NCBI GenBank assembly: GCA_963754925.1
Contig: CAVWHX010000007.1
Location: forward strand, 256,001 to 320,000
DNA: 64,000 nucleotides
Reading direction: 5' to 3'
Source of the DNA: an uncultured delta proteobacterium
Lineage (GTDB): Bacteria; Myxococcota; B64-G9
Below are positions 19,986 through 30,488 of the stretch, one piece after another (within the stretch, counting starts at the first letter, position 1; each line of letters opens with the position of its first letter). The position numbers and the translations under genes are program-made. The notes below the pieces were generated by a model. The model was not told the origin of the DNA. It was given only the letters and a program-made list of their open reading frames with translations, and ran no database searches.

Positions 19986-20195
19986 TGAGCAAGCTCCTTT
20001 CCGGCATTCTAGCCGAAGGAACTCTCATTGAAAATGGTCCAGTTTTCGGGGGGCACGTCACCACTCTTATGGTTAGTATCAATAGAATCAAGCGGAAAAA
20101 TGAAGTTGCTGCCGCGCCGTTCGATGAAGAGAAATATCAACTTAGGTATTTAGTGCGAAAAGGATTTTCAGGAAAAACTGGAGATTGATAGTAGG

Positions 20196-21872
20196 TCAAT
20201 AAGCCGGGTTGCAGGCCATGACGATCTCGATCTTGGTAATTTGTCCAGTCTTCAACATGGTGCAGTAGGTGCCGTAGACCTCAAACGTATTATTGCCGAT
20301 ATATTCGAAACCATTTGCGGGATCACGGGGTATCGCGACGTCCTTCGTTCCGTTGTTATAAACCAACCACAGGAGATCGACGTCCAGCGTTGCGTTGGTC
20401 CCCGGATCGAGGGCAGTTGTTATTTTGCAGCTAAGCACACTTTGACCTATTTGATTGAAGGCCGCTAATAACGCGGCGGCACTATCGGCAGGATAGTATG
20501 CGGGGTCGCCGCTCTGCGGCATGCCGCCTTCGATCGCTAACCTGCTTAAAGAGTTTGGACTGGTATTATTGACATCCTGACCAACGCCAATGACAAAAGT
20601 ATTAATGTTATTGCTTCTAAGACTTATTACCTGCTGTAACGTCAACTCAAAATCGGGATAACTCGCATAGGCATTAGGATCAGTATTATTGATATAAGGA
20701 ATAGCATTGATAGCGGTCAATTGGGCACTAGAAGGCGTCTGACCCCCAGCACTGGGACAGGTTGGCACGCCATCGGTCGCCAGAAGAATGTAGTTCTGAC
20801 GAGTGGAATCGAAAAGTTGAGGGCAATTAGTACTGTTATTAAGATATTGAAGCGTAGGGCCGGTCGGGGTGCCATTACTGGCAGTAAGAGAATTTACTGT
20901 GTTGCTAATAAGGGTATCGCCTCCTCCTATGGAAACACTGATAGTTCCTGCCAAACAAACATCGCTGCCACTGGGAGCAGGAAAAGTTGTTAGCCCAAAG
21001 AGGATCTCAGTGTTAGTAGATGTATTAATGGTAAGAATAGATGCGACTGCGTTCTGTAACGCTGTTAATTTTGTTGTTGAGTCGGTGCTGCTGATTGCAT
21101 CAGCCATGCTGCCCGATGTGTCAAGCACCAGCATCATGTTAGGCGCTTTCCTGGTTCCTGCGAACGTTTCGTCATCGCAGGTCGGATATTGCTCCCATTC
21201 CGGTGGTACACAAATCCCTTGAGACGAGCAGGTTCCCGCACACTGGGTTGAATCGGTGCAGGATTGCACGCAGGTCCCGTTGACGCAGCTTAACGGCGTT
21301 TGACACGGATTTGCGCTCGAACATTCCGGTGTGACACAAAACTCTTGAGATGAACAGATCAACCCTTCGGTGCAATCGGTTGAGTCGGTACAGTATTCTA
21401 TGCAAAAGCCGCCAATGCAGCTCAATGGTTCTTGGCACTCCAATGAGTCGGTACAGGATTGTTCGCAAAGGCCGCCCATGCAGGTCAACGATGTTGGGCA
21501 CGGTGTTGAGTCGCTACAGAATGGTCTGCAAAAACCACCAATGCAGGTTGCTGATGCTGGGCACGCTGTTGAGTCGCTGCAGGATTGCATGCAAGTCCCG
21601 TTCACGCAGGTTAAGGGCGTTTGGCACGGATTCGAACACTCCGTCGTTACACAATACCCTTGAGATCCGCAGGTCGACCCATCGGAGCACGGGTTTGAGT
21701 CGCTGCAGGATTGCACGCAAGACCCGTTGACGCAGGTTAACGGTGTCTTGCACGGATTTGTAGTTGAACAGCTGGGTGGGGGTGGTGGCGAACTTTTTTT
21801 GCTTGAGCAGGCGCAGCACAAAGTAACACCCGCGACAACCAGCAGGAGTACCTTCCCTAAGCTTGTTTTCAT
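20196..21872 (-). CDS. Cys-rich-repeat VWA-domain lipoprotein (CglB-like architecture)
   Basis: Lipobox, about 7 C..S..C...L.C..G.C repeats, MIDAS DTSGSM, GTPTG, LATDGVPTC, TFVIGVG. Confidence 0.85.
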   Translation of the reverse strand: MKTSLGKVLLLVVAGVTLCCACSSKKSSPPPPPSCSTTNPCKTPLTCVNGSCVQSCSDSNPCSDGSTCGSQGYCVTTECSNPCQTPLTCVNGTCMQSCSDSTACPASATCIGGFCRPFCSDSTPCPTSLTCMGGLCEQSCTDSLECQEPLSCIGGFCIEYCTDSTDCTEGLICSSQEFCVTPECSSANPCQTPLSCVNGTCVQSCTDSTQCAGTCSSQGICVPPEWEQYPTCDDETFAGTRKAPNMMLVLDTSGSMADAISSTDSTTKLTALQNAVASILTINTSTNTEILFGLTTFPAPSGSDVCLAGTISVSIGGGDTLISNTVNSLTASNGTPTGPTLQYLNNSTNCPQLFDSTRQNYILLATDGVPTCPSAGGQTPSSAQLTAINAIPYINNTDPNAYASYPDFELTLQQVISLRSNNINTFVIGVGQDVNNTSPNSLSRLAIEGGMPQSGDPAYYPADSAAALLAAFNQIGQSVLSCKITTALDPGTNATLDVDLLWLVYNNGTKDVAIPRDPANGFEYIGNNTFEVYGTYCTMLKTGQITKIEIVMACNPAY

Positions 21873-22127
21873 CCTAACACCTCGCTTAGAAGATTACGTA
21901 TCGTATCATCAACATGAACTATTCTTGAGAGAACGGATCTCAATGGCTATCGGGTCGCTTAGGGGTTCACTTCCACCGTTTCTGACCAACTCACCTGCTT
22001 TGCCAACCTAACACGTTACTTCCCCAGCACCATACGACCTTCAAGATAATTATACGAAATCCTCATCAAAATGGCAATCCAGAACCGACTATTTTCATGT
22101 GGGCGGCACTGCCGCATAACTATCACT

Positions 22128-22188
22128 TGGTAGCATAGATCGGCAGGATTCGAACCTGCTGCCCATGGCTTAGAAGGTTGTTGCTTTT
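22128..22188 (-). pseudogene. Degenerate tRNA-Arg(TCT) 3' two-thirds (att-like remnant)
   Basis: The minus strand reads AGCAACAACCTTCTAAGCCATGGGCAGCAGGTTCGAATCCTGCCG...CCA. The anticodon loop (CT-TCT-AA) and T-arm are intact; the D-arm and acceptor stem are broken. Confidence 0.7.
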
Positions 22189-22332
22189 ACCGACGCAATT
22201 TGAATTTCCGAATTCCGCGGCATTTGCTGCTACTTCTTAGAATAGTATTCATCCTTTTCTTAGAAGATGATTAACAGGTATTCTTTGCATCCAGGCTGTT
22301 GCGGGCCGATTGAGCCAAAGAAGGAGGAGCGC

Positions 22333-23163
22333 ATGCCCATTTACCATGAGACGGTCGGCTATGGTGAAGAGTCATCGTTCACCGGCTACCTTTGTTATCC
22401 TGATCGCGCCCACACGCCGCTACCGGCGGTCGTGGTGTTACCAGAAGCCTGGGGTGTCAACGCGCATATCGAGGATGTAGCGCGTCGCTTTGCCGCAGCG
22501 GGTTATGCTGCCTTCGCCCCCGACCTCTATGCGGAGGGCGGCGTCCGACCCCCTGCCCTTATACGGGAGCGCATTGATGAGATGCTCCGCTTCATGAATA
22601 CCCTGCCGCCCATGGCCTTCATGGACCCCACGATCAGGGACCAAGCCCTTGCCACATTGCCCAAAACCGCGCGCCTGCAGATCGAAGAAACGCGTACGAC
22701 GATTATGGGCGGGCCCGGCAAGAGCGGCCTCATGACCCGCGACTGGGTGCCTCAGCTGCTCGCCACGACGCGGTACCTGCGCCAGGTCTGCCCGTTGACG
22801 CGCGGGCAGAAGGTGGCCTCGGTCGGCTTCTGCATGGGAGGGGGGCTCTCGGCATTGCTCGCCTGCCACGACCCTAATCTGGCGGCCTGCGTGGTCTTCT
22901 ACGGCGTAGCCCCGCCCACAGAACTCATCCCGAACATCCGATGTCCGGTGCTCGCGTTTTACGGGAGCGCCGACCAGCGGATCAACACCGGCATCCCGGC
23001 CTTTACACAGGCCATGGAACAACACCACAAGTCGTATGAGAAGCACATCTTCGATGAGGCCATGCACGCTTTCTTCAACGACACCCGCCCGGCGTACGAC
23101 GTTCGCGCAGCACGGGATGCTTTCGCACGCACGCTCGATCTTTTTAGGAGGACCCTTGCCTGA
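22333..23163 (+). CDS. Dienelactone hydrolase family protein
   Basis: EAWGVNAHIEDVARRFA..APDL, GFCMGG, FYG, HAFFND; AGGAGG RBS. Confidence 0.93.
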   Translation: MPIYHETVGYGEESSFTGYLCYPDRAHTPLPAVVVLPEAWGVNAHIEDVARRFAAAGYAAFAPDLYAEGGVRPPALIRERIDEMLRFMNTLPPMAFMDPTIRDQALATLPKTARLQIEETRTTIMGGPGKSGLMTRDWVPQLLATTRYLRQVCPLTRGQKVASVGFCMGGGLSALLACHDPNLAACVVFYGVAPPTELIPNIRCPVLAFYGSADQRINTGIPAFTQAMEQHHKSYEKHIFDEAMHAFFNDTRPAYDVRAARDAFARTLDLFRRTLA

Positions 23164-23309
23164 CGATGTCCCGGGCAAGCGGCGGGTTCGCCGGCTGGCC
23201 TATTCAACAGCACCCGGCGTGCTCCTGACCGGCGTCGCGGGTGGCATCGCCTTTCCCTTGCCGAACGAGCAGCCCGTTGATTAGCGGCTCGGACCGAACC
23301 ATCTACGAC

Positions 23310-24563
23310 TCAGGGCCTAAGGCAACAACGCTTGTATTTACGGCCGCTCCCGCAGGGGCATGGGTCGTTGCGGCCGACGTGTACAAAAGCGCTGTCCCTG
23401 GTGTATGCCAGGCGCATTACTGTTTCGATGGGCTCGCGGGCTCGCCACCGCTTGGCAAGCTCGAGGAGCAGCGGCCGACTGTGCGCGTGAAACAGCTTGT
23501 TTCCCTTACACAGGTAGTTTAGCCCCGCTTCGCCGTTGGAGGTGGCAAGAAACCGGTCCTTTGGGCAGCCGCCATGACACAGGGCGAGTGCTGCGCAGTG
23601 GTGGCAGCATCGGGGTAGCGTGCCTTTTGCTTCACCGAAGCGCCGCTGCGCTTCGCTCGCTACCAGAACGGCGATCGGCGTATCGCGTATATTGCCGAGC
23701 TGGTGCTCTGGATCGACAAAGTGATCGCAGGAGAATAGATCGCCGTTGTGCTCGAGGACCAAGACATCGCCGCACTGCTTCCGATAGATACACAAGGCGT
23801 GCTCCGTATCGACCAGGGGCCGAAAGGCTTCATCGATGGCTTGCACCGTTACACGGCCCACGTCCTCACGAATCCACTCGTCAAAGACGCTGCAGAGGAA
23901 CCCGCCCCACTTGATTGCATTCACCGTACGCAGACTGACTCCCGTTGGTGAGGAGACGTCGCGTTCCACGAGCGGAAGAAACTGCAGGTACGTAGCCCCC
24001 ATCGACTTCAAAAATTGGTAAACGGCGCGCGGTTCGTCAACGTTCCGGTTGTGAATTACGCATAAAATGTCGCAGTGGACCCGATAGTTTTGCAGAAGGC
24101 GCAGCGCGCACAAGACCTGCTGGTGAGTTGGCGCCCCTCCTTTGGAGAGTCGATAACAGTCATGCAACTCCCTTGGTCCGTCAAGGCTTAAACCGACTGA
24201 GAAGCGCTCGATCGAAAGGAACGTACACCACTCCTCGTTGAGGGATACCCCATTAGTCTGCAGGTTATTGAGAATCTCCTGACCTGGGCGCTGGTACTTA
24301 CGTTGCAGGTCCACGGCGGTGCGAAAGAATTCCAGGCCCGCCAACGTAGGCTCGCCCCCATGCCAAACAAAGGCTGCTTGATCGCCCGCGACGCACAAAT
24401 ACTGTGATATGAAGGTTTCGAGGAGATCATGGTTCATCCGTAGCAGCCCGGCTCCTTCGTAGAGCGCTTTTTTACCCGTATAATAGCAGTAACGGCAGTC
24501 GAGGTCACACGTGGGCCCCACCGGCTTTGCCATAATCTGGAAAGGTGGCGGCACCGGTGTCAT
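23310..24563 (-). CDS. Anaerobic sulfatase maturase (radical SAM/SPASM) with SEC-C motif
   Basis: CDLDCRYCYY, WHGGEPTL, QTNG, SLDGP, SCDHFV, CHGGCPKDR, GRNDPCPCGSGRKYKRCC. Confidence 0.95.
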   Translation of the reverse strand: MTPVPPPFQIMAKPVGPTCDLDCRYCYYTGKKALYEGAGLLRMNHDLLETFISQYLCVAGDQAAFVWHGGEPTLAGLEFFRTAVDLQRKYQRPGQEILNNLQTNGVSLNEEWCTFLSIERFSVGLSLDGPRELHDCYRLSKGGAPTHQQVLCALRLLQNYRVHCDILCVIHNRNVDEPRAVYQFLKSMGATYLQFLPLVERDVSSPTGVSLRTVNAIKWGGFLCSVFDEWIREDVGRVTVQAIDEAFRPLVDTEHALCIYRKQCGDVLVLEHNGDLFSCDHFVDPEHQLGNIRDTPIAVLVASEAQRRFGEAKGTLPRCCHHCAALALCHGGCPKDRFLATSNGEAGLNYLCKGNKLFHAHSRPLLLELAKRWRAREPIETVMRLAYTRDSAFVHVGRNDPCPCGSGRKYKRCCLRP

Positions 24564-24871
24564 GATTTTTTCTCCGTGGTGCCTGTTAGCACGATTAAGG
24601 GCGCATACACAAATGTGCTTGGAGGCGAAAATAGATATGTGCTGGCTGCAAAGGGTGTTCTTTCGACTTACGCTTCCGAATTTAAAGGAAAGCATTTGAG
24701 GTACCAAGAAATTTTTAAGGCATCGTACGAGTCTTGACAAGGGGCACCCCTTCTGGGGAGAACATCTTTAATTGTTTATGACCCGGACATCTTAGATGTT
24801 AGTGACAGACCGGGGATCCAAAGTTGACAAGTGTTCACGTTGATCGATAGATTTTCCACCGAGATAGCAAC

Positions 24872-25444
24872 ATGAATAGATATTTCATCCTCCGACACGG
24901 TGAAAGCATTGCGAATAAGGAACGACTGATCGTCAGCTCTCTCAATCATGGTGTAGCAAATTATGGCCTTACCCCTGCAGGCGAGATAGAGGTGGCAACA
25001 AGTGTGACACAAGCACTTCAGACAGGGATGCTATCAAGAGTAAATCTAATCGTGTCGTCACCCTTTCTTCGGGCACTGCAATCGGCAGAAATCGCCGCAA
25101 AACTATTAAAGGTTCCCCTTGAGTATGACGAACGACTTAAGGAAAGACATTTCGGCGAGTTTGACATGAAGGGTGATCATTTCTACATGACCGTCTGGGC
25201 ACATGATTTGCTGAACTCATCTCAGGCTGATCGAAAGGTCGAGAGTACAACATCTGTCTTTGAGAGAGTTAAGCAGCTCATTAATGATATTGAAATTCGT
25301 ATTAATAATCGAACCGTTTTACTGTGCACTCATGGTGATGTGGCATCAGTCTTATTATGTGGTTTTTTAGGTGAAGATCTGAGACGCCATCGAGAGATTG
25401 GGATTCTGTGCACGGGTGAGATCCGCGCCGTTCCCATGAAATGA
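24872..25444 (+). CDS. Histidine phosphatase (phosphoglycerate mutase family)
   Basis: LRHGES, SSPFLRALQSA, LKERHFG, THGD. Confidence 0.93.
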   Translation: MNRYFILRHGESIANKERLIVSSLNHGVANYGLTPAGEIEVATSVTQALQTGMLSRVNLIVSSPFLRALQSAEIAAKLLKVPLEYDERLKERHFGEFDMKGDHFYMTVWAHDLLNSSQADRKVESTTSVFERVKQLINDIEIRINNRTVLLCTHGDVASVLLCGFLGEDLRRHREIGILCTGEIRAVPMK

Positions 25445-25479
25445 TAAATAACATAACAACAAACTATTGTAGATTGTCA

Positions 25480-25716
25480 AAACTTATCAAAAAAATCGTC
25501 ATTATTGATAAATGAGTATTTTTATGCCGCTTGCACGTATCTCCTCCACATTTAAATCTTGCCAGATAGTTCTGCTCGCACCACTCTGCAGCCATTGTCC
25601 TATTCAGTCCTCAGGCTCATTTTTTCCAACATCCAGGATTGAGAGTTCACCGATTTACGCATAACCTGGTTTGGTTGACTTCTTTTTAATCTTGAATTTT
25701 GTTTTGGCGATGGAAA
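25480..25716 (+). repeat. ~240-bp repeat family, near-full copy
   Basis: AAATCTTGCCAGATAGTTC..TTCCAACATCCAGGATTGAGAGTTCACC..TTTTGGCGATGGAAA. Confidence 0.9.
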
Positions 25717-25845
25717 GGTGACGGCTTGCGCAATTTATGCCCTGAATGTTGGCTATCGGCATCAGTTTCGTTCTAATCGACGTTGTAATCAGCGATTAAG
25801 CCTACGCTTTAGAACGGCGCAACGACTTTAGAGAATTCCTGCGCA

Positions 25846-26691
25846 TTAGAATCGGTAGCCAATGACACAACGACCCTCAATCCCGTACTTGTTTGACTGG
25901 CTGGTGGGGGAAACTGCTCCGGGGCTGACGGTCATTACACCTGCAACATTAAGCTTCACCGTTATATCTGAAGAAGGTTTATACCAAATAGTCGGGCCTC
26001 CTAGAATCTTGGCGCCGCCCTCGGATTCATCGCTTTCCCAGAAGCCTTCAAGATCCTCACCCACGGCCTCTAAGCCAACCTGAAATGACTCGAAAATCGC
26101 GTAACTGCTTGCCAGACTCAAAATTATATCAACCGGGTCGCGGTGGGAAGCGATTGGAAACTCTAGAAGCCCGGAAAAAGCTATGCGGAAATCCCCTATA
26201 CTCTTGTCCATCATCAACCGTACCCGTGGAATGTTGGCGTATCGGTAATCCCGAATAAATCCGAGTGCGATCCCTAAATTAATTCCGGCGCGATGTTCAT
26301 TCAGGAGGTTGACAAGCGCTTCAGTGTGGAAAGAATAAAGCGTTTCCTTGGTGTCTTCAAGCAACATCCCACCGCCCAACTCGACCGCCATGAATTCCAT
26401 CAATCCAACATCTATGCAAAGTTCCTGCTCAACCCCTCGCTCGCTGATAGGGGTGATTTCGCGAGTGCCGAAAGCAGTCCCCCATTCCACAACAGCCTTT
26501 TCATCTCCTCTCGATCCGATCCCTTGGTAGATGAAGGGAGTTGCTTCAAGTGCTTTGACCGAGGAGCAAAACAGGCATATAAATATCCAACCCCATAAAA
26601 CAGTCTCACGTTGAGCCCCCCATCGACGGTGGGCAATCCGCTTATATCGAATGCTTGTTTTGCCGACAAATCTCAGATCTTGTGTTTTCAT
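25846..26691 (-). CDS. Hypothetical protein, probable outer-membrane beta-barrel
   Basis: Signal-like segment, amphipathic strands and C-terminal GYRF. Confidence 0.6.
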   Translation of the reverse strand: MKTQDLRFVGKTSIRYKRIAHRRWGAQRETVLWGWIFICLFCSSVKALEATPFIYQGIGSRGDEKAVVEWGTAFGTREITPISERGVEQELCIDVGLMEFMAVELGGGMLLEDTKETLYSFHTEALVNLLNEHRAGINLGIALGFIRDYRYANIPRVRLMMDKSIGDFRIAFSGLLEFPIASHRDPVDIILSLASSYAIFESFQVGLEAVGEDLEGFWESDESEGGAKILGGPTIWYKPSSDITVKLNVAGVMTVSPGAVSPTSQSNKYGIEGRCVIGYRF

Positions 26692-26709
26692 AACGCATTT
26701 CCCTTTGCT

Positions 26710-28092
26710 CTATGGTGTCGGTTGCAGGATTAGCGTTGGCTGCGGCGTTTGATTGAAGTCGAAGTCGGCTAGCAGATTACCGAGCTCTTTTACATTTTCA
26801 CGTACGGTCGTACGCGAGTCGGGCCGACCATCGGTATTCGGGTCTATACGCTGACTGTCGAGGAAGAGATCTTCGACGAACTTCAGGTACGCATCGTGGC
26901 TGAGAACCTGTTTGTCGATGTATCCGTGTTTCGCGTACGGGCTTATCACCATCCCTGGAACCCGCAAGCCATAACCGTTCTCATCCACCACGGGTGGAAC
27001 CACGTGGTCATAGAAGCCGCCCCAGTCGTCCCACGAGAGGAAGATCACCGTTGAATCCCAATATTGGCTTTTCATGACGGTGTTGACCAAAGCGGTGACG
27101 TAAGTCTGTCCCGCGCTGACCAAGGCCGCGGGGTGCTCGCTCACTTCACTCGAGGGCGCGATCCACGATACCGAGGGAAGCTGGCCGTTTTGCACATCTT
27201 GATAAAATTGATCGACGGGAACGATATTGCCGAGTTGGTTGTTCTCGTTCACGGTGTCGAAAGAAGGAAGCGGATTCCAAATGCTCGGTACGGCAGCGAG
27301 TTGTTGAATGGGTTGGCATTCCTCGGGGTCACCACCGCAATGCGGGTCGTTTCCTTCACTCAGGTAGTATTTCCAGGACACATTCGCCTTATGGAGCAGA
27401 TACGTCAGATCGGTCCAGGGGTATTGCAGCGCGGTGGTTCCGGTAGCCGTGTATCCAAACGGTCCGGTGAGCTCGCTCGAACAGTTCATGGGATTGTCGG
27501 CGACGCACTGTGCCGCCCAACCCGAAACCAAAAAGAGGTGCTCCGGCTGGCTCCAGGAAGCATTCGGTTGGAAGAGGTGGTCCTGAAGCACGAAGTTCTT
27601 AGCATACGCCCAATAATTGGGGATCTCCGCGTCGGTGTGGTACCCCATAACGTCAACAGACGCGCCGTTGACAAAACATTGCGGGTTATTGGGATCGGCG
27701 CACCCTTTCTGGGCAATCTCGGCCTCTGCGATAAAACCATCCATCTTGCCGCCATCGATATCCGCAGCCGCATGAACAGCATTGTGCGGCCCACCATAGT
27801 TTTTATCAGCCGTGAGATGGTAAGGCTTCACACAAGCTCCGGTCTTGGGATCATTTACGCAGACAATAAAATTTCCATTTTTGTCAGTAGGGATCCCTTC
27901 CGCCCCCGGGAACGTCCCGAAGTAGTGATCAAAAGACCGATTTTCCTGCATGATCACGATAACGTGTTTAATCTTCTGAGCGGCGAGGATTTTTTGAGAA
28001 GGTGTGTTATTGCTGCATCCGGTAAATATGTTGCCGAGGAACATTGCAAACACGAACACCCCACACCTGCGCAAATCTAATTGTGATTTCAT
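26710..28092 (-). CDS. Phosphoesterase / phospholipase C (AcpA-like) lipoprotein
   Basis: [50 protein letters not shown]. Confidence 0.93.
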   Translation of the reverse strand: MKSQLDLRRCGVFVFAMFLGNIFTGCSNNTPSQKILAAQKIKHVIVIMQENRSFDHYFGTFPGAEGIPTDKNGNFIVCVNDPKTGACVKPYHLTADKNYGGPHNAVHAAADIDGGKMDGFIAEAEIAQKGCADPNNPQCFVNGASVDVMGYHTDAEIPNYWAYAKNFVLQDHLFQPNASWSQPEHLFLVSGWAAQCVADNPMNCSSELTGPFGYTATGTTALQYPWTDLTYLLHKANVSWKYYLSEGNDPHCGGDPEECQPIQQLAAVPSIWNPLPSFDTVNENNQLGNIVPVDQFYQDVQNGQLPSVSWIAPSSEVSEHPAALVSAGQTYVTALVNTVMKSQYWDSTVIFLSWDDWGGFYDHVVPPVVDENGYGLRVPGMVISPYAKHGYIDKQVLSHDAYLKFVEDLFLDSQRIDPNTDGRPDSRTTVRENVKELGNLLADFDFNQTPQPTLILQPTP

Positions 28093-28459
28093 AGGCCGCC
28101 TCCTATTCACATTTTTTGTGTCAATAAGACCTATAACCAGAGCGAATGAGAACTTTGATGGAACATATTTCGACAACGGATCCAATGTCAACGATCACCC
28201 TTAGATCCCAAACCACAGCTTATCTTTTTGATCGAACGAGTTTTAGCGAGATCAAACGGATCGTTCAGCATGAAATACAAAAAGGGAGACAAAACTTTTT
28301 CCCCATGGCATCAGAAACGAAAACTGGGTTTTTTTCGGTCAAAAAAGCCCCTCAAATCAAATGCCAAATTCAACACTCGAACCTGGATAGATGTGCATCC
28401 ATCAGACCCTGAACTTAATTTTTACCTCAGAATCTGCTCGATGCTCTAATAACAATAGG

Positions 28460-28526
28460 AACAGGTTGGGCGGTGTTGACGAACACCACTAACAAAAATA
28501 TAGTAGTATGTGGAGGTGATGTCATT
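28460..28526 (+). promoter_or_regulatory. Upstream region conserved with 51974-52034 (TTGACG -35-like box, GGAGG RBS)
   Basis: AACAGGT..GTTGACGAACACCACTAACAAA..TATGTGGAGG.GATGTCAT is present in front of both paralogs. Confidence 0.6.
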
Positions 28527-29192
28527 AAAACCTTCGCGAGATTTTTAGTTTATTTTGCAGCGTCGATTTTATTATCCGGCGTTGCTCAGTCGAGCGATGG
28601 CAGTCAGTCAGTCAATATGCAGTTGGCTCAGGCGAGTGAACCCCCAGCACAGCCGGTGCAACCGCCTTCTCCCGCACCGACGAATTTGCCTCCCCCTCCA
28701 TCAGCGGAAGTTACCGTTCCCCCGTCGGACGAAGCGGGAGCCTCGGACCAGCAAGTTGCTTCGACGGGGCAGTGGGTTTACACGGACCAATATGGATGGG
28801 TCTGGATGCCTTACGGAGATGCGTACACCTACGTACCACCGAGCGGAGCTGTGCCAGATATGTATGTTTACTACCCAACCGTCGGTTGGTGCTGGGTGGT
28901 TGCGCCCTGGCTGTGGGGCTTAGGACCAATGCCGTTCTTCGGCATTTATGGCCCGCGATACTTCGGTTGGTATGGCCATGGTTATGGTCACTGGTACGGC
29001 TTCACCTACGGCTACGTTGGATGGGGCGGACGGGGCTACTGGCACGGTGGGCAGTGGCATGGTTACAACCAGATTTCGCCTGCTCGCCCAGCAGCATCAC
29101 ATCGTGGTAGTTATAGCGCATCTCCTAGGTCCCGGTCCGGGGCTGCATCTACTGGACATGGTTCTGCTATGTCTCGGGGTACTCCCCATTGA
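28524..29192 (+). CDS. Secreted Pro-rich, Trp/Tyr/Gly-rich protein (paralog of 52032); start codon reads ATT
   Basis: Aligns with 52032..52883 (GQWVYTDQYGWVWMPYGD). ATT stands where the paralog has ATG, and the stop is supplied by a repeat copy. Confidence 0.7.
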   Translation: MKTFARFLVYFAASILLSGVAQSSDGSQSVNMQLAQASEPPAQPVQPPSPAPTNLPPPPSAEVTVPPSDEAGASDQQVASTGQWVYTDQYGWVWMPYGDAYTYVPPSGAVPDMYVYYPTVGWCWVVAPWLWGLGPMPFFGIYGPRYFGWYGHGYGHWYGFTYGYVGWGGRGYWHGGQWHGYNQISPARPAASHRGSYSASPRSRSGAASTGHGSAMSRGTPH

Positions 29193-29351
29193 AATCTTGA
29201 CAGACAGTTCCGCTCGTACACTGAGGTTGTCATGACTTATCCAGTATTCAAACTCATTTTTCCAACATCCAGGATTGCGAGTTTACCAAGTTACGCACAC
29301 ACTGGTTTGGTTGATTTGTTTCTTCTCTCGGATTTGTTTTGGCGAGGGGCA
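29180..29351 (+). repeat. ~240-bp repeat family, copy lacking the left ~65 bp
   Basis: TACTCCCCATTGAAATCTTG...TTCCAACATCCAGGATTG...GGATTTGTTTTGGCGAGGGGCA. Confidence 0.9.
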
Positions 29352-29537
29352 AGCTAACGAAAACAGCTTCCAGTTACTTGATGTTATTTCTTCATTGCAA
29401 GAGACCTGAGTTCAGAGTAGACTCAAGTTTAGATTCGAAGATCATTCGTGTGAAAATCTGAACATGCGGAGCGCTTGGCGCCGGTTCTTTTATCGCGGTT
29501 TTCGTTCTTACTCTTGTTGCGTAGGAGGTAACCATCC

Positions 29538-30488
29538 ATGAAAGCCCGTTTTGCCACGTTCTTCTTTCTCGGTGTCCTCGTAATGCTGCCATTTCTCATC
29601 GGAGCCAATGAAAAAGGCTGCACGCTGCCGATGTGCACCGACGGTCAGGTGCAATGCAGCGGCAATGAAATCCAGACATGCCAGAACGGCGCCTGGGTCA
29701 ACACCACCGACTGCTCGACTTCGGGCGGTGTGTGCCAAAACGGCGCCTGCGTCGGATGTCGTACGGCCACCGATTGCAACGGGGCTCTGCCGCAACTTTG
29801 TCAGGTATGCAACGACGGTAGCAATGGCTGTGCGCACTGGACGTGTCAAGCCGGCGCGTGCCAGATAGCCTATTGCGGTTGCGTACCACCACCCTGTCCG
29901 CTGAGTGACAGCTGGGATCCAATTCACTGCGCATGCATTCCGAGTTGCACCGGCGGCACCGTCGGCACCGGTATGTGCTGCCTCTCGGCTGGGGATTTCC
30001 CGAACACATGCCCAGTCACCCCGTGCGTGTGCCCAGCTGGTCAAGTGTGCAATTGTCCCATATTGCCCGCGGAGGCGTGCGGGTGTTCCGCGGAAAACAG
30101 CCACCAGGTCAAAGTCTGCAACTGCCCTCCGAATACGTGCTTCAATGGCATCCAATGCGTCCCCATGACAGTCTGCACCGACGGCCAGACGCAGTGCAGC
30201 AGCAACGAAATCCAGACCTGCCAGAACGGCGCCTGGGTCAACACAACGGACTGCTCGGCTTCGGGTGGTGTGTGCCAAAACGGCGCCTGCGTCCAATGTC
30301 GGACGGCCACAGACTGCAACGGGGCTCTGCCGCAACTTTGTCAGGTATGCAACGACGGCAGTGATGGGTGTGCACACTGGACGTGTCAAGCCGGCACGTG
30401 CCAGATAGCCTATTGCGGTTGTATTCCGCTCCCCTGTCCGTCGAGTGACAGCTGGGATCCAATTCACTGCGCATGCATTCCGAGTTGA
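29538..30488 (+). CDS. Secreted, extremely Cys-rich protein with a 540-bp-period internal duplication
   Basis: AGGAGG RBS; IGANEKGC signal; 29634-30013 is repeated at 30174-30553; TGA at 30486 corresponds to TGC at 29946. Confidence 0.8.
   Translation: MKARFATFFFLGVLVMLPFLIGANEKGCTLPMCTDGQVQCSGNEIQTCQNGAWVNTTDCSTSGGVCQNGACVGCRTATDCNGALPQLCQVCNDGSNGCAHWTCQAGACQIAYCGCVPPPCPLSDSWDPIHCACIPSCTGGTVGTGMCCLSAGDFPNTCPVTPCVCPAGQVCNCPILPAEACGCSAENSHQVKVCNCPPNTCFNGIQCVPMTVCTDGQTQCSSNEIQTCQNGAWVNTTDCSASGGVCQNGACVQCRTATDCNGALPQLCQVCNDGSDGCAHWTCQAGTCQIAYCGCIPLPCPSSDSWDPIHCACIPS

Larger units (their letters stand above)
18785..20060 (-). mobile_element. IS3-family insertion sequence (IS407-like), 1276 bp, with 4-bp target duplication CCAC
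   Basis: IRs TGACGTGCCCCCGTTCATAGGACCA and (rc) TGACGTGCCCCCCGAAAACTGGACCA; CCAC at 18781-18784 and 20061-20064; orfA and orfB inside. Confidence 0.97.

Noticed and set aside
21940..22015. c-di-GMP riboswitch upstream of the VWA gene
   Set aside because: Only scattered short motifs; the conserved stems could not be built by eye.
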